From contig AP024664.1 in assembly GCA_024346625.1 (NCBI GenBank), positions 4,278,001-4,342,000 on the forward strand: a DNA stretch of 64,000 nt, read 5' to 3'. The notes beneath the pieces were generated by a model. It saw only the letters and a list, made by a program, of their open reading frames with translations, had not been told where the DNA came from and did not search any database. This document shows, piece by piece, positions 32,355 to 44,433 of the stretch (positions are counted from its first letter, which is position 1; each line of letters starts with the position of its first letter). Both the position numbers and the translations under genes were made by a program. This DNA comes from Williopsis jadinii (lineage: Eukaryota).

Positions 32355-33363
32355 CTTTTGAAGCTGTTTCCTTTAATGCCAATTCTCTTTAAAATTGATG
32401 AATTTCGTCGAAGTTTTCATTTTTTTCTTTCTGTCCTTTTCCATCTTTTGTTACCGGGACACAATAGCTGTACTGCCTATATCTGTAAGACTTTCCTAGG
32501 CAATTCATTACACAGATATTATAGTAACCTTTGGATAACAAAAGCCTATAGCAATATTGATTCGTTAATGTTTGGTTTTTCTTAGAGCATTTGACTACAA
32601 AGCACTAATTTGTGAGTGTCTATTTTCCCATGTTAGGATTTAGCGTTTCCCAATCAACATGAGAACAAAACAAAATCAAGTAGATTCTCAAAGACTTGAT
32701 GATTTGCAGCTCATGAAAGGAATTGTTATTCGGTTAGATAATGGAGTATAAAAATGAACTATCATTTGGCTCAGTAAATAAAGTATATTGTTTGTTGATT
32801 GTGAGTTTTTTAGTTTGGTAAATTATGGATAGTGATCAAATTAATTGAGATGAAACTTTGAAAACTTGAATTGGAACCGTTTAATAAAACGTTATTAATA
32901 TTATATTGATTATCAACAGGTCTTTAAAGGATCTTAAATTAGTTACACAATACAATTTTATAAAAATATCACCCTTGAAGTAAAGAAAGGTAAATTATTC
33001 ACTGAATTTGACCTTCAAATGAGTCTGATGTGTAGCAGTTTATACTGTTATATGATAACAGTATAAAAGCGCGCGCTTGTTTATTTACGACATGAATGTC
33101 GACTTTGTTTAGTGTAATTGATAGAAGTGTGGTTGGTGAGATCAAATCATTTGCCAATTCCATAAAGCTGACTATTCTGAGTATATCACCTAAAAACTGT
33201 CAAGAATTCCTTGAAGCTTGAAGTGATTGAGGATGAGAGATCTACCATTCTACTATACACAATTTGAATACGGCTCTGTAGGGATAATGGTATCAATATA
33301 TTGTCATTCAACCATATAGCGTTTATAATTCCACGAATATAGGTATGGTCTCTAATATATATT

Positions 33364-35763
33364 TCAAATGATTAAAGCCACAAAGAGAATTATTATCTCC
33401 ACAGCGAAATTGATGAATAAGTTCCACACTAGTGTGTATAGCACCTTTGGGCTGAAAACTGTCCAGATAAACAAGTGGTATCTCTGGACGACACAACTAA
33501 TAACAGTGAAAAACGTGCTTAAACAGTAGAAAAGAGCATTGGTACTCCATCTAATACTGAACAGTTCACCTTTGGAAACTTTATATTCTAAAGAGTTCTC
33601 AAGGAAAATTGGCAATGAGGCAAATTCCCAGTATATTGGGCCGGCGAAGTTCGACAGAAATGTGAGCAACCCAACTGCGAAAATGTTATAGCTCTTGATA
33701 CCGTTGTAAGCATTGGATAAATCAACAGTGTTCAAGGAATTTGTTTGACCGAAACTGAAAAAGGTCAGATTTTGAAGTATTACCAGGGCAATCGAGGTAT
33801 AGCCAATAACTTTGGCATTATCGTAGTCGACAAACGTTCCAACGATATATCCAACAACGTTCTTCAAAGAGAATAACACCAAAAAGAGACCAATGTTAGG
33901 AATGGAAGTCTGAAAAATTAACACAAGTGTCAAGATATTGTGCAAATCAGTGTAGAACCAGTAATTATTGCCAGCGAAAAAACGCAGGAATAGCCTAATT
34001 GATATCAAACCAATCACACATGTGAAGAAAAGTTTGGCAACTTCCACAAGGGCTTCGTGTTCATTTTCAACGTTAGTCAAGTCCAATGAAAATTCCACGA
34101 GTCTGTTCAATTGTTTTGGGATCTGATCTCCATTTATAACCGAGTACATCAGTTTGAAGCTGAACAAACAGAGAGAAGTTGTAAAGGTTGAAATGAATCC
34201 AACCACTGGATATGTTTTAGAGAAGCCCCCTTGGTTCAAACTGAATGAGATTGAAGAGATTGTAATAGCAATGAGAATCCAATTCAGATGATAATTTTCA
34301 TCTAGGTACCGATATACGGTATCACCAACAAATTTTTGACCACTATTGTTCCAGCCTCTAATTAACCTCAAAAGAAGCAGTGAGAAAGCACTGACAACTG
34401 GTTGATCATAGCTAAAAATCACAACGAAAAAAGTAGCAAACCACCACCAAATTTGATGCTCTTCCTCCACTAAACTACTCCCAAATGCTGTTACGCTATA
34501 AATGAATGTCATTGAGATCATAATGATTGCTTGGTTCTTGAAAAGCTTGAAACATCTCCACAAAGTAAGGATAGTAGCAGCTGCAATAGCTGCAACACCG
34601 GAATAAATTAAAGGCATGTTATAATTCGAGGCTGATCTAGTCAACTCAGATTGAGCTTCATATAGCCATTCATAAGTCTCTGACTCTGAAGGATCCCCTG
34701 GGAAATCATTCTTCTTGAAATCATCATAGTGAAGCAAATTTTCCTTTAGTACAAACTTTCTTTGATCTTCAGGCCACAAGGATAGGAAATCTCTAATGAA
34801 AACACCAAGAGAGTTTTTTGGGATTGGGAGCCTTAGTAGCGAACAAAGAGTTGGAACAAGGTCAATCTGTTGGATTCTTTCGTAGTAAGTGAATTCATCG
34901 TTGTATCTCAGGGGAGATTGGGACGTTTTGTTCAATTCCTGTAACTTGTCAGCTATGAAAACCAACGCTGCAGATGTTTCTCCAGCTGAGGACCCACCAT
35001 GGTTTCCGATTTCATTCATACCGTGGTCTCCTAAAAGCACAAATAAAGTGTCTTCTTCCATAGCATCATAGATTAGCTTCACAATTTCATCCATTTCTTT
35101 CTGCTTTGGACGCATAAAGGTAGACTCTGGTCCACCTTTATGGCCGATATGATCCAGTCCAAGGTAGTGTAAAATTAAGCAATCCCATTTCTGTTCGTTC
35201 AACTCTTGATCTAAATGACGTGTAACGTTATTGTCTACCTCTGTGAAATCAGACACGAAGAAACTGCTGGTACCTTCACTGACATCAAACTCACCAGGAA
35301 ACAGCTTTATCCATGTATCATCACCAAACATGTGGATTTTTTTATTGCCAATCTTGAGCTGTTTCAGCCAACTATCTTGATTTGACAGTGTAGATGACGT
35401 ATCATCCTCAACCACGTTCAAAACAGCATCTAAGAAATTCGGCGTCGAGCCAGTAGTGATACCTTTCAATCTAGGTAACGTCACTGTTGGAGGGTTTGAA
35501 AAGGCAGTGTAGCCAATTGCAGATCCCTTTCTTAGCAAGCCCTGAACAAATTCCATTGAGGATCGATCACTGAACACAAAATCACTTCTCAGTGCATCAA
35601 CAACCATCACGATGACCTTGTTAAACTGGGGATCGAAGGCATCATCAGATGAGAATTGTCCGTATCCCGGAAGAACAACTTTTGAAGGGAAAAATCCCAT
35701 ACAAAAGAGCAGCAGGCCAGCTAAATGGACCGTGAGAACCACGAAGAGGATTATCCACCTCAT
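33364..35763 (-). CDS. LAS21: GPI ethanolamine-phosphate transferase 2 (Gpi7/Las21)
   Basis: GFFPSKVVLPG, VVDALRSDF, PPTVTLPRLKGITTGS, LHYLGLDHIGH, GDHGMN..GNHGGSS, HLFIWTVFSPK. Confidence 0.93.
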   Translation of the reverse strand: MRWIILFVVLTVHLAGLLLFCMGFFPSKVVLPGYGQFSSDDAFDPQFNKVIVMVVDALRSDFVFSDRSSMEFVQGLLRKGSAIGYTAFSNPPTVTLPRLKGITTGSTPNFLDAVLNVVEDDTSSTLSNQDSWLKQLKIGNKKIHMFGDDTWIKLFPGEFDVSEGTSSFFVSDFTEVDNNVTRHLDQELNEQKWDCLILHYLGLDHIGHKGGPESTFMRPKQKEMDEIVKLIYDAMEEDTLFVLLGDHGMNEIGNHGGSSAGETSAALVFIADKLQELNKTSQSPLRYNDEFTYYERIQQIDLVPTLCSLLRLPIPKNSLGVFIRDFLSLWPEDQRKFVLKENLLHYDDFKKNDFPGDPSESETYEWLYEAQSELTRSASNYNMPLIYSGVAAIAAATILTLWRCFKLFKNQAIIMISMTFIYSVTAFGSSLVEEEHQIWWWFATFFVVIFSYDQPVVSAFSLLLLRLIRGWNNSGQKFVGDTVYRYLDENYHLNWILIAITISSISFSLNQGGFSKTYPVVGFISTFTTSLCLFSFKLMYSVINGDQIPKQLNRLVEFSLDLTNVENEHEALVEVAKLFFTCVIGLISIRLFLRFFAGNNYWFYTDLHNILTLVLIFQTSIPNIGLFLVLFSLKNVVGYIVGTFVDYDNAKVIGYTSIALVILQNLTFFSFGQTNSLNTVDLSNAYNGIKSYNIFAVGLLTFLSNFAGPIYWEFASLPIFLENSLEYKVSKGELFSIRWSTNALFYCLSTFFTVISCVVQRYHLFIWTVFSPKVLYTLVWNLFINFAVEIIILFVALII

Positions 35764-36507
35764 TTGTCAACAATTAAAGGTTACTGGGGACACAATCGAG
35801 TTATACAGAACGTGTCAAATTTGTATGTGAGCCATCGGGGGAGCATTTTGTTTGTTTATGTCTCGGAGAGTGTTGCCTTTACCAACTTACATAACGCGTT
35901 AACCAAACAATTACATAAGCAATAGGAATACATACATATTAGGAATACATTTCACATTTATATGTGAGTCTACAGGAATTAATGACCCTATATCCGATAA
36001 ATAAGGGTAATTAAATGATTTTACTCCACTGGAAGTGGTTCTGTTGTCAGAAACAAAATGAGAAGGTCCTATTAAAGCTTTTGTCCAGCGTAGTAATGAA
36101 ACGCTTGAAACTTCACCACCAACTTTGTTAGTAAAGTTTAATAGCATAGTAGATTAAGGGTTAGTAATCAAGAGAGGCTGTACTACTTCCACCATTTCGA
36201 GCTCTGTTTCCTGTAAACGGCAGTCAGATAATACGTAAATATCCCTTGGAAGTGTCCAATATCGGGTAAGATGTTTGGATGTTCTTTGACACAAAAGTAG
36301 TGATGTACATACATCGTACGGCCAAATGCAAAATTGAGAAAGTTTTGAGGCCTTTCAAATACATTTCGCCTTGCCTTCGGAGATCTTAAGCAGAATAGTA
36401 CTTAAAGAAAGTGACAGAAGGTGTTTCCTTCCAAACCAACTAATGATATTCTTTGGTTTCGTCCAAGCAAAAAACCACAAATCGTAGTGTCACAGTCTTC
36501 TCTTGAA

Positions 36508-38394
36508 ATGCTACGTTTGTCTACTCAATGTTTCTGCTTTTTGAGACTCCCACTTGAGGTTCAGCTTGAAGTTATGACGTACTTGGGAAGTGTTCATGAC
36601 TTTATCAATCTAGCAAAAGCTGTGAAACCAGAAAAAATTGATTATTCCATGAAAGTTCACCTCATAACAGATGACCAAGAGCTTTACACCTATGCTAGGC
36701 ATTTCTTGCCTGTTTATAGTAGAAGGATGTTGGCACAAACACTGATTTGCCCTAATCCTTACATTCATATTATTCACTTTACAGACTTCCAATGGTGGGA
36801 CTATAAATCATTGGTGTCGATGACGAAAACTTCTTACAATATCTTCTGCTTCCCTCAATCACTTACCCTCGAGTCACCAATGATTAGGGTTCCTTTGGGG
36901 CAGCGCCTTCTATCGATTGAAGACCCGATTGACTTACAGATCCTAGATCATAATAAAAGGAACGTTAAATTTGCAAAGTTTACGAACGTTTTCTTTCCTT
37001 ATGAGTCACCACAGTCCATGATTGTTGATATGATTTCTAGGCTTTCACAAGTGCACATTAAAGCCAGCTCTAACCAAAAGCTCAAATTTAACAATATTGA
37101 TGTTGGCTCAACTGACTTCCACATAAGCTGCGAGGCAGATGTGAAGTTAGAGGTATCTTTTAAAGACTGTCATGCATCCTCCAATTTTAAGATTTCTGGT
37201 GACTGGTTTTATACCACATTCGAGAGTTGTGATGATTCTTTCTTTACACATGCAACATTAGACTATGCATACTCAAGCATCATGCTTTTTCTCCAAGATA
37301 ACACAAGAAATGATGCAGTTATCCAAGGAGTCTCTTTGAGTTGCGATAAACTTCTCATTAAGAATTTTCATAAAGTTTTGAATTGTACATTTCACGTTGA
37401 GAATGAGGCAAGCATTGGATTTTCATCTGCGAATAACGACGTACTCCATAATAGTATGGGAAGACCACAAATGACTGCAACAAGTTTCACACATGGGAAA
37501 ACGTCTCTCAAGTTGTATTTCTCTGGTGCTCAGTTCCCCAGGGTAACACAGTGTGATTTTTCACAATTGGAAGTGCTAAAGATCACAAAAAGTGTTACCT
37601 CAGATGATATGTCACCAGAGAGGTTTGCATTTAAGTACTATTCTAGGGTTGATACCACTACAGACTATGAGTTCCTCAACAGTGTCAGAAGACTAAGCTT
37701 GGTTGATTTTGTTGAGCCCTTGAGAGAAGAGTTCCACCCTGATTTTACCTGTTTAAATCACCTTGAAGTTGACCTTTCTCATGCACCTTTAGCAACATCC
37801 AAACTTCTCATGAGTTATCAGAATTTGTCAGAGGTTAGGTTCATGACAGACCATATAGACTATATACCTGAAGTGATCAGTGCAGAAGGTGTCACAAGCT
37901 TAACAATTGACCAATGTGGTGTTTGCTTGGATGTTCCAGAGATGGAAACTGAAACGAAACACTTGCGGAGTTTGATCACAACGTTTAGAGATACAACAAG
38001 CCTATTTCTTGATCTTCTGTTTGATCCATTATCATCAAACGGGTGCGTTGTTCACAAGTTTATAATCTTTGAACAATTGCAACATCTCTTCCTAAAAGGT
38101 GTCGATATTTCATTTCTTACAGATGTGGCGGATCCAATTGCGTTCCCAAATCTCAAGACCTTAAAAATCCATGACACTGTGGAGTTTGGTGAAGTTAAGC
38201 AGTTTAACCTCTCTCTATATGCTCCAAATTTGAAGGAAGTTGAACTTTTACTACCCACATGGAATGTTGGACAGATTGGTCAACTGGAATTCCCGTCATT
38301 GACGTCACTCAAGGTGAAATGTCACAACATTGCAAAGTTAAGCCATAGAGAACTACGATCTTGTTGTTCATATATCGATGGAGAGCATTGTTAA
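36508..38394 (+). CDS. F-box / leucine-rich-repeat protein, lineage-specific
   Basis: FLRLPLEVQLEVMTYL F-box; C-terminal LRR-like units FPNLKTLKI, APNLKEVEL, FPSLTSLKV; first ATG at 36508. Confidence 0.72.
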   Translation: MLRLSTQCFCFLRLPLEVQLEVMTYLGSVHDFINLAKAVKPEKIDYSMKVHLITDDQELYTYARHFLPVYSRRMLAQTLICPNPYIHIIHFTDFQWWDYKSLVSMTKTSYNIFCFPQSLTLESPMIRVPLGQRLLSIEDPIDLQILDHNKRNVKFAKFTNVFFPYESPQSMIVDMISRLSQVHIKASSNQKLKFNNIDVGSTDFHISCEADVKLEVSFKDCHASSNFKISGDWFYTTFESCDDSFFTHATLDYAYSSIMLFLQDNTRNDAVIQGVSLSCDKLLIKNFHKVLNCTFHVENEASIGFSSANNDVLHNSMGRPQMTATSFTHGKTSLKLYFSGAQFPRVTQCDFSQLEVLKITKSVTSDDMSPERFAFKYYSRVDTTTDYEFLNSVRRLSLVDFVEPLREEFHPDFTCLNHLEVDLSHAPLATSKLLMSYQNLSEVRFMTDHIDYIPEVISAEGVTSLTIDQCGVCLDVPEMETETKHLRSLITTFRDTTSLFLDLLFDPLSSNGCVVHKFIIFEQLQHLFLKGVDISFLTDVADPIAFPNLKTLKIHDTVEFGEVKQFNLSLYAPNLKEVELLLPTWNVGQIGQLEFPSLTSLKVKCHNIAKLSHRELRSCCSYIDGEHC

Positions 38395-38444
38395 ATCTAT
38401 GAAAAATAGACATGATACTTTCATTAGTGTAGCTATAAATAAGA

Positions 38445-39218
38445 TTAGATGTAGACAATACCACCGTCAACGTTAATGTTTTGACCAGTGATGTAGTTGG
38501 ACTTCTCATCAGCGAGGAAACTGACCAAGCCAGCAACATCCTCTGGTTGTTCACCACGACCAAGGGCAATGTTACCAATGTACTTCTTGACAGTCGCACC
38601 CTTTGGAACACCAGCATAATCACCCATCTTCTGATCGATCAAATCCCACATTGGAGTGAGGACGATACCTGGACAGTAAGAGTTAACGGTGATCTTCTTT
38701 GAGGCCAATTCCTTAGCAGCAGCTTGGGTCAGACCTCTAACAGCGAACTTGGTAGCAGAGTAAGCACCCATCATCTCGAAAGCGGTGTGACCAGCAACGG
38801 AAGCAGCATTGATGATCTTACCTGGCTGGTTCAATTCCTGGAACTTCTTAGCAGCGGCTTGGATACCCCAAAGGACACCACCGATGTTGATGTTGTTGAT
38901 CTTCTCCAAGTCTGCTGGAGTGACCTCCTCCAATGGAGCCACTTGAACGATACCAGCATTGTTGACGATGACGTCAAAACCACCCAATTGCTTGTAGGTT
39001 TCTTCAACAGCGTTGAATACTTGTTCACGGACACCGGAATCCGCTTTTATAAAAGTGGCATCAGTTCCCAACTGCTTCAACTCCTCAACGGTTTGCCATC
39101 CCAGTTCTTCTTGAGATGAGCCAGTAATTGCAACTTTGTAACCGTCTTTGGCCAATTGCACAGCAATAGCCTTACCAATACCACGAGCACCACCAGTGAC
39201 AAGAGCAACACGACTCAT
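38445..39218 (-). CDS. Short-chain dehydrogenase, acetoin/diacetyl reductase (BudC/ButA-like)
   Basis: [63 protein letters not shown]. Confidence 0.85.
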   Translation of the reverse strand: MSRVALVTGGARGIGKAIAVQLAKDGYKVAITGSSQEELGWQTVEELKQLGTDATFIKADSGVREQVFNAVEETYKQLGGFDVIVNNAGIVQVAPLEEVTPADLEKINNINIGGVLWGIQAAAKKFQELNQPGKIINAASVAGHTAFEMMGAYSATKFAVRGLTQAAAKELASKKITVNSYCPGIVLTPMWDLIDQKMGDYAGVPKGATVKKYIGNIALGRGEQPEDVAGLVSFLADEKSNYITGQNINVDGGIVYI

Positions 39219-40004
39219 TCTTGATTATAAATTATACTGGGTTAAGTATCAGAAGAAAAATGTTGACAGTGCAGTGCGTAGTCCATTTATATATGATTTC
39301 ATTGTCACAAGGTAGATGCTTCAGCGCCCTTCCATGTACTGTGTACTTTTGAGGGCTTTCTTTAACCTATGCTAGTTTGGTACCATATTCTCAGCCTACC
39401 ATAGAACAGTTGAACAGTTTTATATGGAACGTTGAACTCCGATGCAAACGTTTACTAATAGTATTGATAACTCGACTAAAACCTCCACGGGTTTCCAGGA
39501 TTTCTTAATTCATCTGTGGTCTGTGTACTCAGCCATAGCTACATACATATGTAAAAGAGGCACGGTCGGCTTGCAAGTCTACCAATACAATCATTGGTGT
39601 AAAAATTTTTCACTCTTGAGGGCTTTATTTAGCGCAAATGGACGACGATACTCCGACCTCTACATTGACTTGTTTCCTTCAATCGATGACCTGGTAGACA
39701 ATATTACCAATCATCCTCATCCTACAAGTGAGAGTATACAAAGTGAACATGTAATAAAACCCTAAAAAGCTGACAATAGCCGATGACCATTTCTAGGGTA
39801 AATATGCATGCGATGTTTTTCCGCAGGTTTCATCACATTTCCGCACAGCTAATGATGAAGACACAGCAGATACACACCACCATGCTACAACAGCTAAACA
39901 CCAAATCTCGGAAGCATAATAAATAAAAATCAATAATAAAGCAAACAGGTATAAATACTTAAATAGTAAAAGGAATATGAAAATAGTTTGGACAATTTGT
40001 CGAA

Positions 40005-42476
40005 TCATTTGTCTATGATGTAGTTCAGGTCATATGCCATCATTGCACCCGACACTTTGGAATCATCTAAAGGTTTGAAGTCCTGCTGGACTTTTGTATC
40101 TGTGGAGCCCCAGTTAAAGAGCATTTCCAATTTGGAATCAAGTTCCGGCAACTCATCCATTGACGATGTATCTGACTCTGCACCGGGAGCGATGTTTGCC
40201 GTTGCTCGAATTGCGGCTGTACTTGCATCACCGTTGAAATTCTGCGATGTATAGTGATTGCTGAATATAGAAGACACATTTGAAACGCTAGAGTTATCCG
40301 AGGATGAGCTCTGGTGTCTCTGCTGGAATGCATCAAAATTTGAATCCGTGAACAACGAATTTGTATGCATTGGTGTAGAGAAGGAATCAACGGTAACGTT
40401 CTGCTGAGAAACGCTCATCCTGTTAGAATCCAATTCAAAGTCTTGTAGCATAAACTCGTTTTTAATGAACTGAACAATCTCCTTGAATAGAACAAAGTTC
40501 TCAGGGTATCTTCTTCTGATAACCTTGAGCGTCTGTAACATGAGCTTGTTTGAATCCTTAAAGGCCACCTTGGTTGTGCTGTTTAATGGGTCTCTAGACA
40601 CTTGGACGATGCTCAACATTGAAATCAATACGAGTTTCAGAAAGTTAATTGGCACGAGGTGGAATTCAAAGTTGTTGAGGTTGTTCAATTCTCTCTTGCG
40701 ATCCAAGATGATGATATAGGCCAAGTATTCCCTCGACAACAAAGAAACCACATATGATGAATGACTAGATATTGGATTACCAGGTTCATTCGCCGTCTGT
40801 AGATGGATAGAGATTCTGAACATTAGGTAAAACAGGTTGAGTTGGATCTTAACAACTTCATCCTGTGATAAAGAAGTCTTGGACTTCTTCACCTTCTTGT
40901 GACGATGCTCATCAATATCATCACTGGATAACGTGTTGAACAGATTGTTTAAGCCACACCCCTGTCTCCACTGGAGCAAATAGTTATCAAATTCTTTCAA
41001 AACTTGAGGGTTATCACCAATGCTTAACAAGTTTACGTCTTCAAACTTTGATAACAGCTCAATCAACTTGATAGTGTTTCTCAAGTTTTGGTTGGCATTC
41101 ACAATGGTATTGAGCTTTGGCACCTGGAACTTCTCAAAGAAACTAACATGTGGTAACCCAAAGAGCACTTGAGACATTGTGGACAAGATGTAAAAACTCC
41201 AGTATAACTTCAATCTTACTGTATACAATCTGAACTTTTCCTCTTTAGTATTCGTGTACTCGTTACTCAACTGTCTCAAGTTGTTGTAGTTCAAGTGCAA
41301 TCCCAAGCTCAGCACTGCAGCATGGGCAACGTTTGCAAGATTTATCACGGTATTTTTATAGCAATTCTTATTCTGGAACAAATGTAATGATAGTAGTAAA
41401 ACCTGAAACTTTGGGATTGTCATGTTCACCGTAAGGTTAATTGAAGTCACCAATTTATGGATCTCGTGGATGTTGAAGATTGAACAGTTCAACTGGATTA
41501 TTAGCACCAATGTAGCGATGAACACCAGGCAATCGCTCTCATCCTTCTCCTCGTCACCACTCACGGGCTTTTGCAAAAGATTCACCAAGTTCTCAGTCTT
41601 GTTATCTATACTGTTGAACATTTGTTTATAGATCTTGAAAAACAGGTCCTCATCGAGAATTGGAATTGTGTTCAAATGCTCAAAATGGTTGGATATCAGT
41701 AAGTCCAAATTGGTCTTTGATGGGAATTTGTTCAAAAACTTTGTTGTGATAAAGTCGTTCAGACTTGGGCACTGAATGGCAGGGTACTTCAACTCCTCGA
41801 TCGGGTTCAACCCAAGCGATTCGAGCATTCTGTTGAAAAGCACACTGATGCAGTCAATTCCGACATAGTTGTCCTTTTCAATGAAGTTATCGAAACGGAA
41901 AAAATTATCCGATAGCCTATCCATCATCACTGGTGCGTGATCACTAGTAGCCGGGCTTGTGCTTTCCCGTTCATTTGGAGCGCTTTCGCTGTTAGCAGGG
42001 ATAACCAACGAGGGTGTTGTTGTAGTGCCGGAAACACTGGCATCAGTAGTAGTAGTGGCAGTAGTAGTAGCAGCACCTGAAGAGTCGTACCCATTTGATG
42101 CTGTGACAGCTGACAGCTGTTGCTTGACAATCTCCAATTCTGTAATCAACTTTGCATTCTCATTCTGTATTGTAATAAGGTTCTTCTCGAGATTTTCCGT
42201 GTAGCCTCTTGGGAATGCACGTCTCGTCAATTTGTCACTTGTCTGACAGTTATAGCCGATGTTGAGACAATTAGTACAACTTGGGATCTTTCCGTCACAT
42301 TTAATCTTTTTGATCCTACAACGGTCACACGCCTGCGATGTTCTTGTCAGACCCGCATTGCCTGCAGTCTTTATAAGCTTCAGAGGTTCAGCACTCGACG
42401 ATGAACTCTTGCTATCGCTACTCTTCTGTGTCGACGTCGGTGTTTGCTGTTGTGGATGTGTCTTGTCCTTAGTCAT
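40005..42476 (-). CDS. SIP4: Zn(II)2Cys6 transcription factor of the Cat8/Sip4 family
   Basis: SQACDRCRIKKIKCDG..C..C...C.TSDKLTRRAFPRGYTE; 823 aa (Sip4-sized); divergent from DPB11 as in YJL089W/YJL090C. Confidence 0.82.
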   Translation of the reverse strand: MTKDKTHPQQQTPTSTQKSSDSKSSSSSAEPLKLIKTAGNAGLTRTSQACDRCRIKKIKCDGKIPSCTNCLNIGYNCQTSDKLTRRAFPRGYTENLEKNLITIQNENAKLITELEIVKQQLSAVTASNGYDSSGAATTTATTTTDASVSGTTTTPSLVIPANSESAPNERESTSPATSDHAPVMMDRLSDNFFRFDNFIEKDNYVGIDCISVLFNRMLESLGLNPIEELKYPAIQCPSLNDFITTKFLNKFPSKTNLDLLISNHFEHLNTIPILDEDLFFKIYKQMFNSIDNKTENLVNLLQKPVSGDEEKDESDCLVFIATLVLIIQLNCSIFNIHEIHKLVTSINLTVNMTIPKFQVLLLSLHLFQNKNCYKNTVINLANVAHAAVLSLGLHLNYNNLRQLSNEYTNTKEEKFRLYTVRLKLYWSFYILSTMSQVLFGLPHVSFFEKFQVPKLNTIVNANQNLRNTIKLIELLSKFEDVNLLSIGDNPQVLKEFDNYLLQWRQGCGLNNLFNTLSSDDIDEHRHKKVKKSKTSLSQDEVVKIQLNLFYLMFRISIHLQTANEPGNPISSHSSYVVSLLSREYLAYIIILDRKRELNNLNNFEFHLVPINFLKLVLISMLSIVQVSRDPLNSTTKVAFKDSNKLMLQTLKVIRRRYPENFVLFKEIVQFIKNEFMLQDFELDSNRMSVSQQNVTVDSFSTPMHTNSLFTDSNFDAFQQRHQSSSSDNSSVSNVSSIFSNHYTSQNFNGDASTAAIRATANIAPGAESDTSSMDELPELDSKLEMLFNWGSTDTKVQQDFKPLDDSKVSGAMMAYDLNYIIDK

Positions 42477-44433
42477 CTAACCGGTTTTTTTTATGGTTCA
42501 AATGCTTTGGACATTCACAAAAGGAAAACAGGGATGGGTCGAGACAAATGCGAAACCGGGGCGTCGTGACATGTATTTAAAAGCCCAAGACAAGGCAAAG
42601 TTGACGAACAAAAAAAGAGATGATTCAAGGCCCCACATATTGGTAGGCGCACATAAGCATACGCCTACAGGTAAAACGAGTCATTCTAAGCTTCAGGACA
42701 CCAATAACATCGGAAGCAAATGAACTCAAGGGAAATCACGAAAAAAGAAAAGAGTGTTAAAGGAGATTAGAACACTCTTGACTAAGTTGGTCATCGATCA
42801 GCAATCAGTTGCGTAGTTTTGTTTTTTGTGTGATTCAAACGTGGACCTGTCTTTCAGTCAAGAACCCTTTCATGATCAACCAAAAGTTCTACGATAATTA
42901 GTGGCACCACTGTCTTCACCTCGAAGTTGTTAAGTTGACACATCTCCGTCTCCTATTTGAACAGAAAACACAAAAGTTAAAACTAAAAGATGTCATCGGT
43001 ACGAAAAATCCAGTATCTTTTCCTTTCATCCGAAGCGTTTGCTCACAACAAGACAAAAGCGTTTAAACCCGCAGCCTTATTTTTCGTTCCCAAGGTACTT
43101 CAAAGACTGGACATAGACAAATTACACCATGTATCAAGCTCACAGTCTTCAGATGAATTGCAAACATAGTATCTTTTTATATTCAGCATACAATTATAGT
43201 CTGCTTTGTATGATTGGTTTCCACATAAATTGACATTCCTTCTATAAGGAACTGCCAAAAAAAAACAACGTTTGGTCGGTAAATCGGACGTCACCCCAGG
43301 TTTTGGCCGCAGCCCTAAATACCTAATTTAACATTTCCTCATAAGCAAACCTTCCTGTGGGAGGTGCTCATTACGCGTGTCCCCGTGTTGGCTTGCTGAA
43401 ATTTTGTGCAGTGGTTCTGGAATCACCCACTAACCAAACATTTTTGGAATAACCTCCAGGCTCTCAACAATGGAGATTCATGTGTCAATTGATGGGAGGG
43501 GCATTTGAAGCAACGCCAGAATTTGTTGCCTGGTGCGAAAGTCGTAAAGCTATTGTGAATTTTGAGACTTTAGAGCATCAGAAAAAGGGCTCCAGGACAT
43601 GTGTTATGTGCCAATGTGCTAAGCCAAGGATTTGATTGGACAATTCTCATCTTGGGATCACTTGAAACTCAGCCCGGAGAATCGAATAACCTTTGGAAAT
43701 AATCACATGGAGAATGTACCCCAGATTTATTATTTCGATTGTTTTTTTCTTTTTCGTTTCAAGTACAGACAAATTTTAAAAAGAAATAGAGCAGCCAAAA
43801 ATGCACAACTTATCAGAAAACAAACAAGTACAAGACACACGTTGCCCTTTCGCTTTATAGGGAAATAATAGGCTGCTCCGTATCATGTACATTTAGACTA
43901 TTTTTTAAGTTTATGCTGAGGATTCAAAAAGTTTATGCAACATGACCACACTCCCTGATCTTCTGATCATGATAAAGTTGTCCAAGAATTAACCATTATA
44001 ATCATCATGGCGGGGCTTCGTCACAATTGATCATAATCCTGTTCAACCAAGCTAATGTGTACCGTTCTTGTTCTCGGTCATACTAATTGCTTATGACCTA
44101 ACTTTCATTGTGTGCCCACTCTAGCAACATACTTCGTCACACAACGTGGTATGCGGCAGTGGTCATAACCTCTTGCAAACTCTTGGTGGACCAAACCGTT
44201 AGTCCACACAGAGGACGCATCGCCTCTGTGGTCCAGATCAAAACCATCCAGACACCACTGGGAAGCGTCCCTCGGCGATGATGAATTTGTCCAACTATTT
44301 TCATTACGCGAAAATTCCTCCATTGGTTGAAAGAAAAACACGGCGCGTTTTTGGTCTTTTGTTTCTGGTTTCCAGAAAAATGTCACCAATTTTGATACTG
44401 TTTTGGGACATCTATACAAGCGCTTAGAGACAA

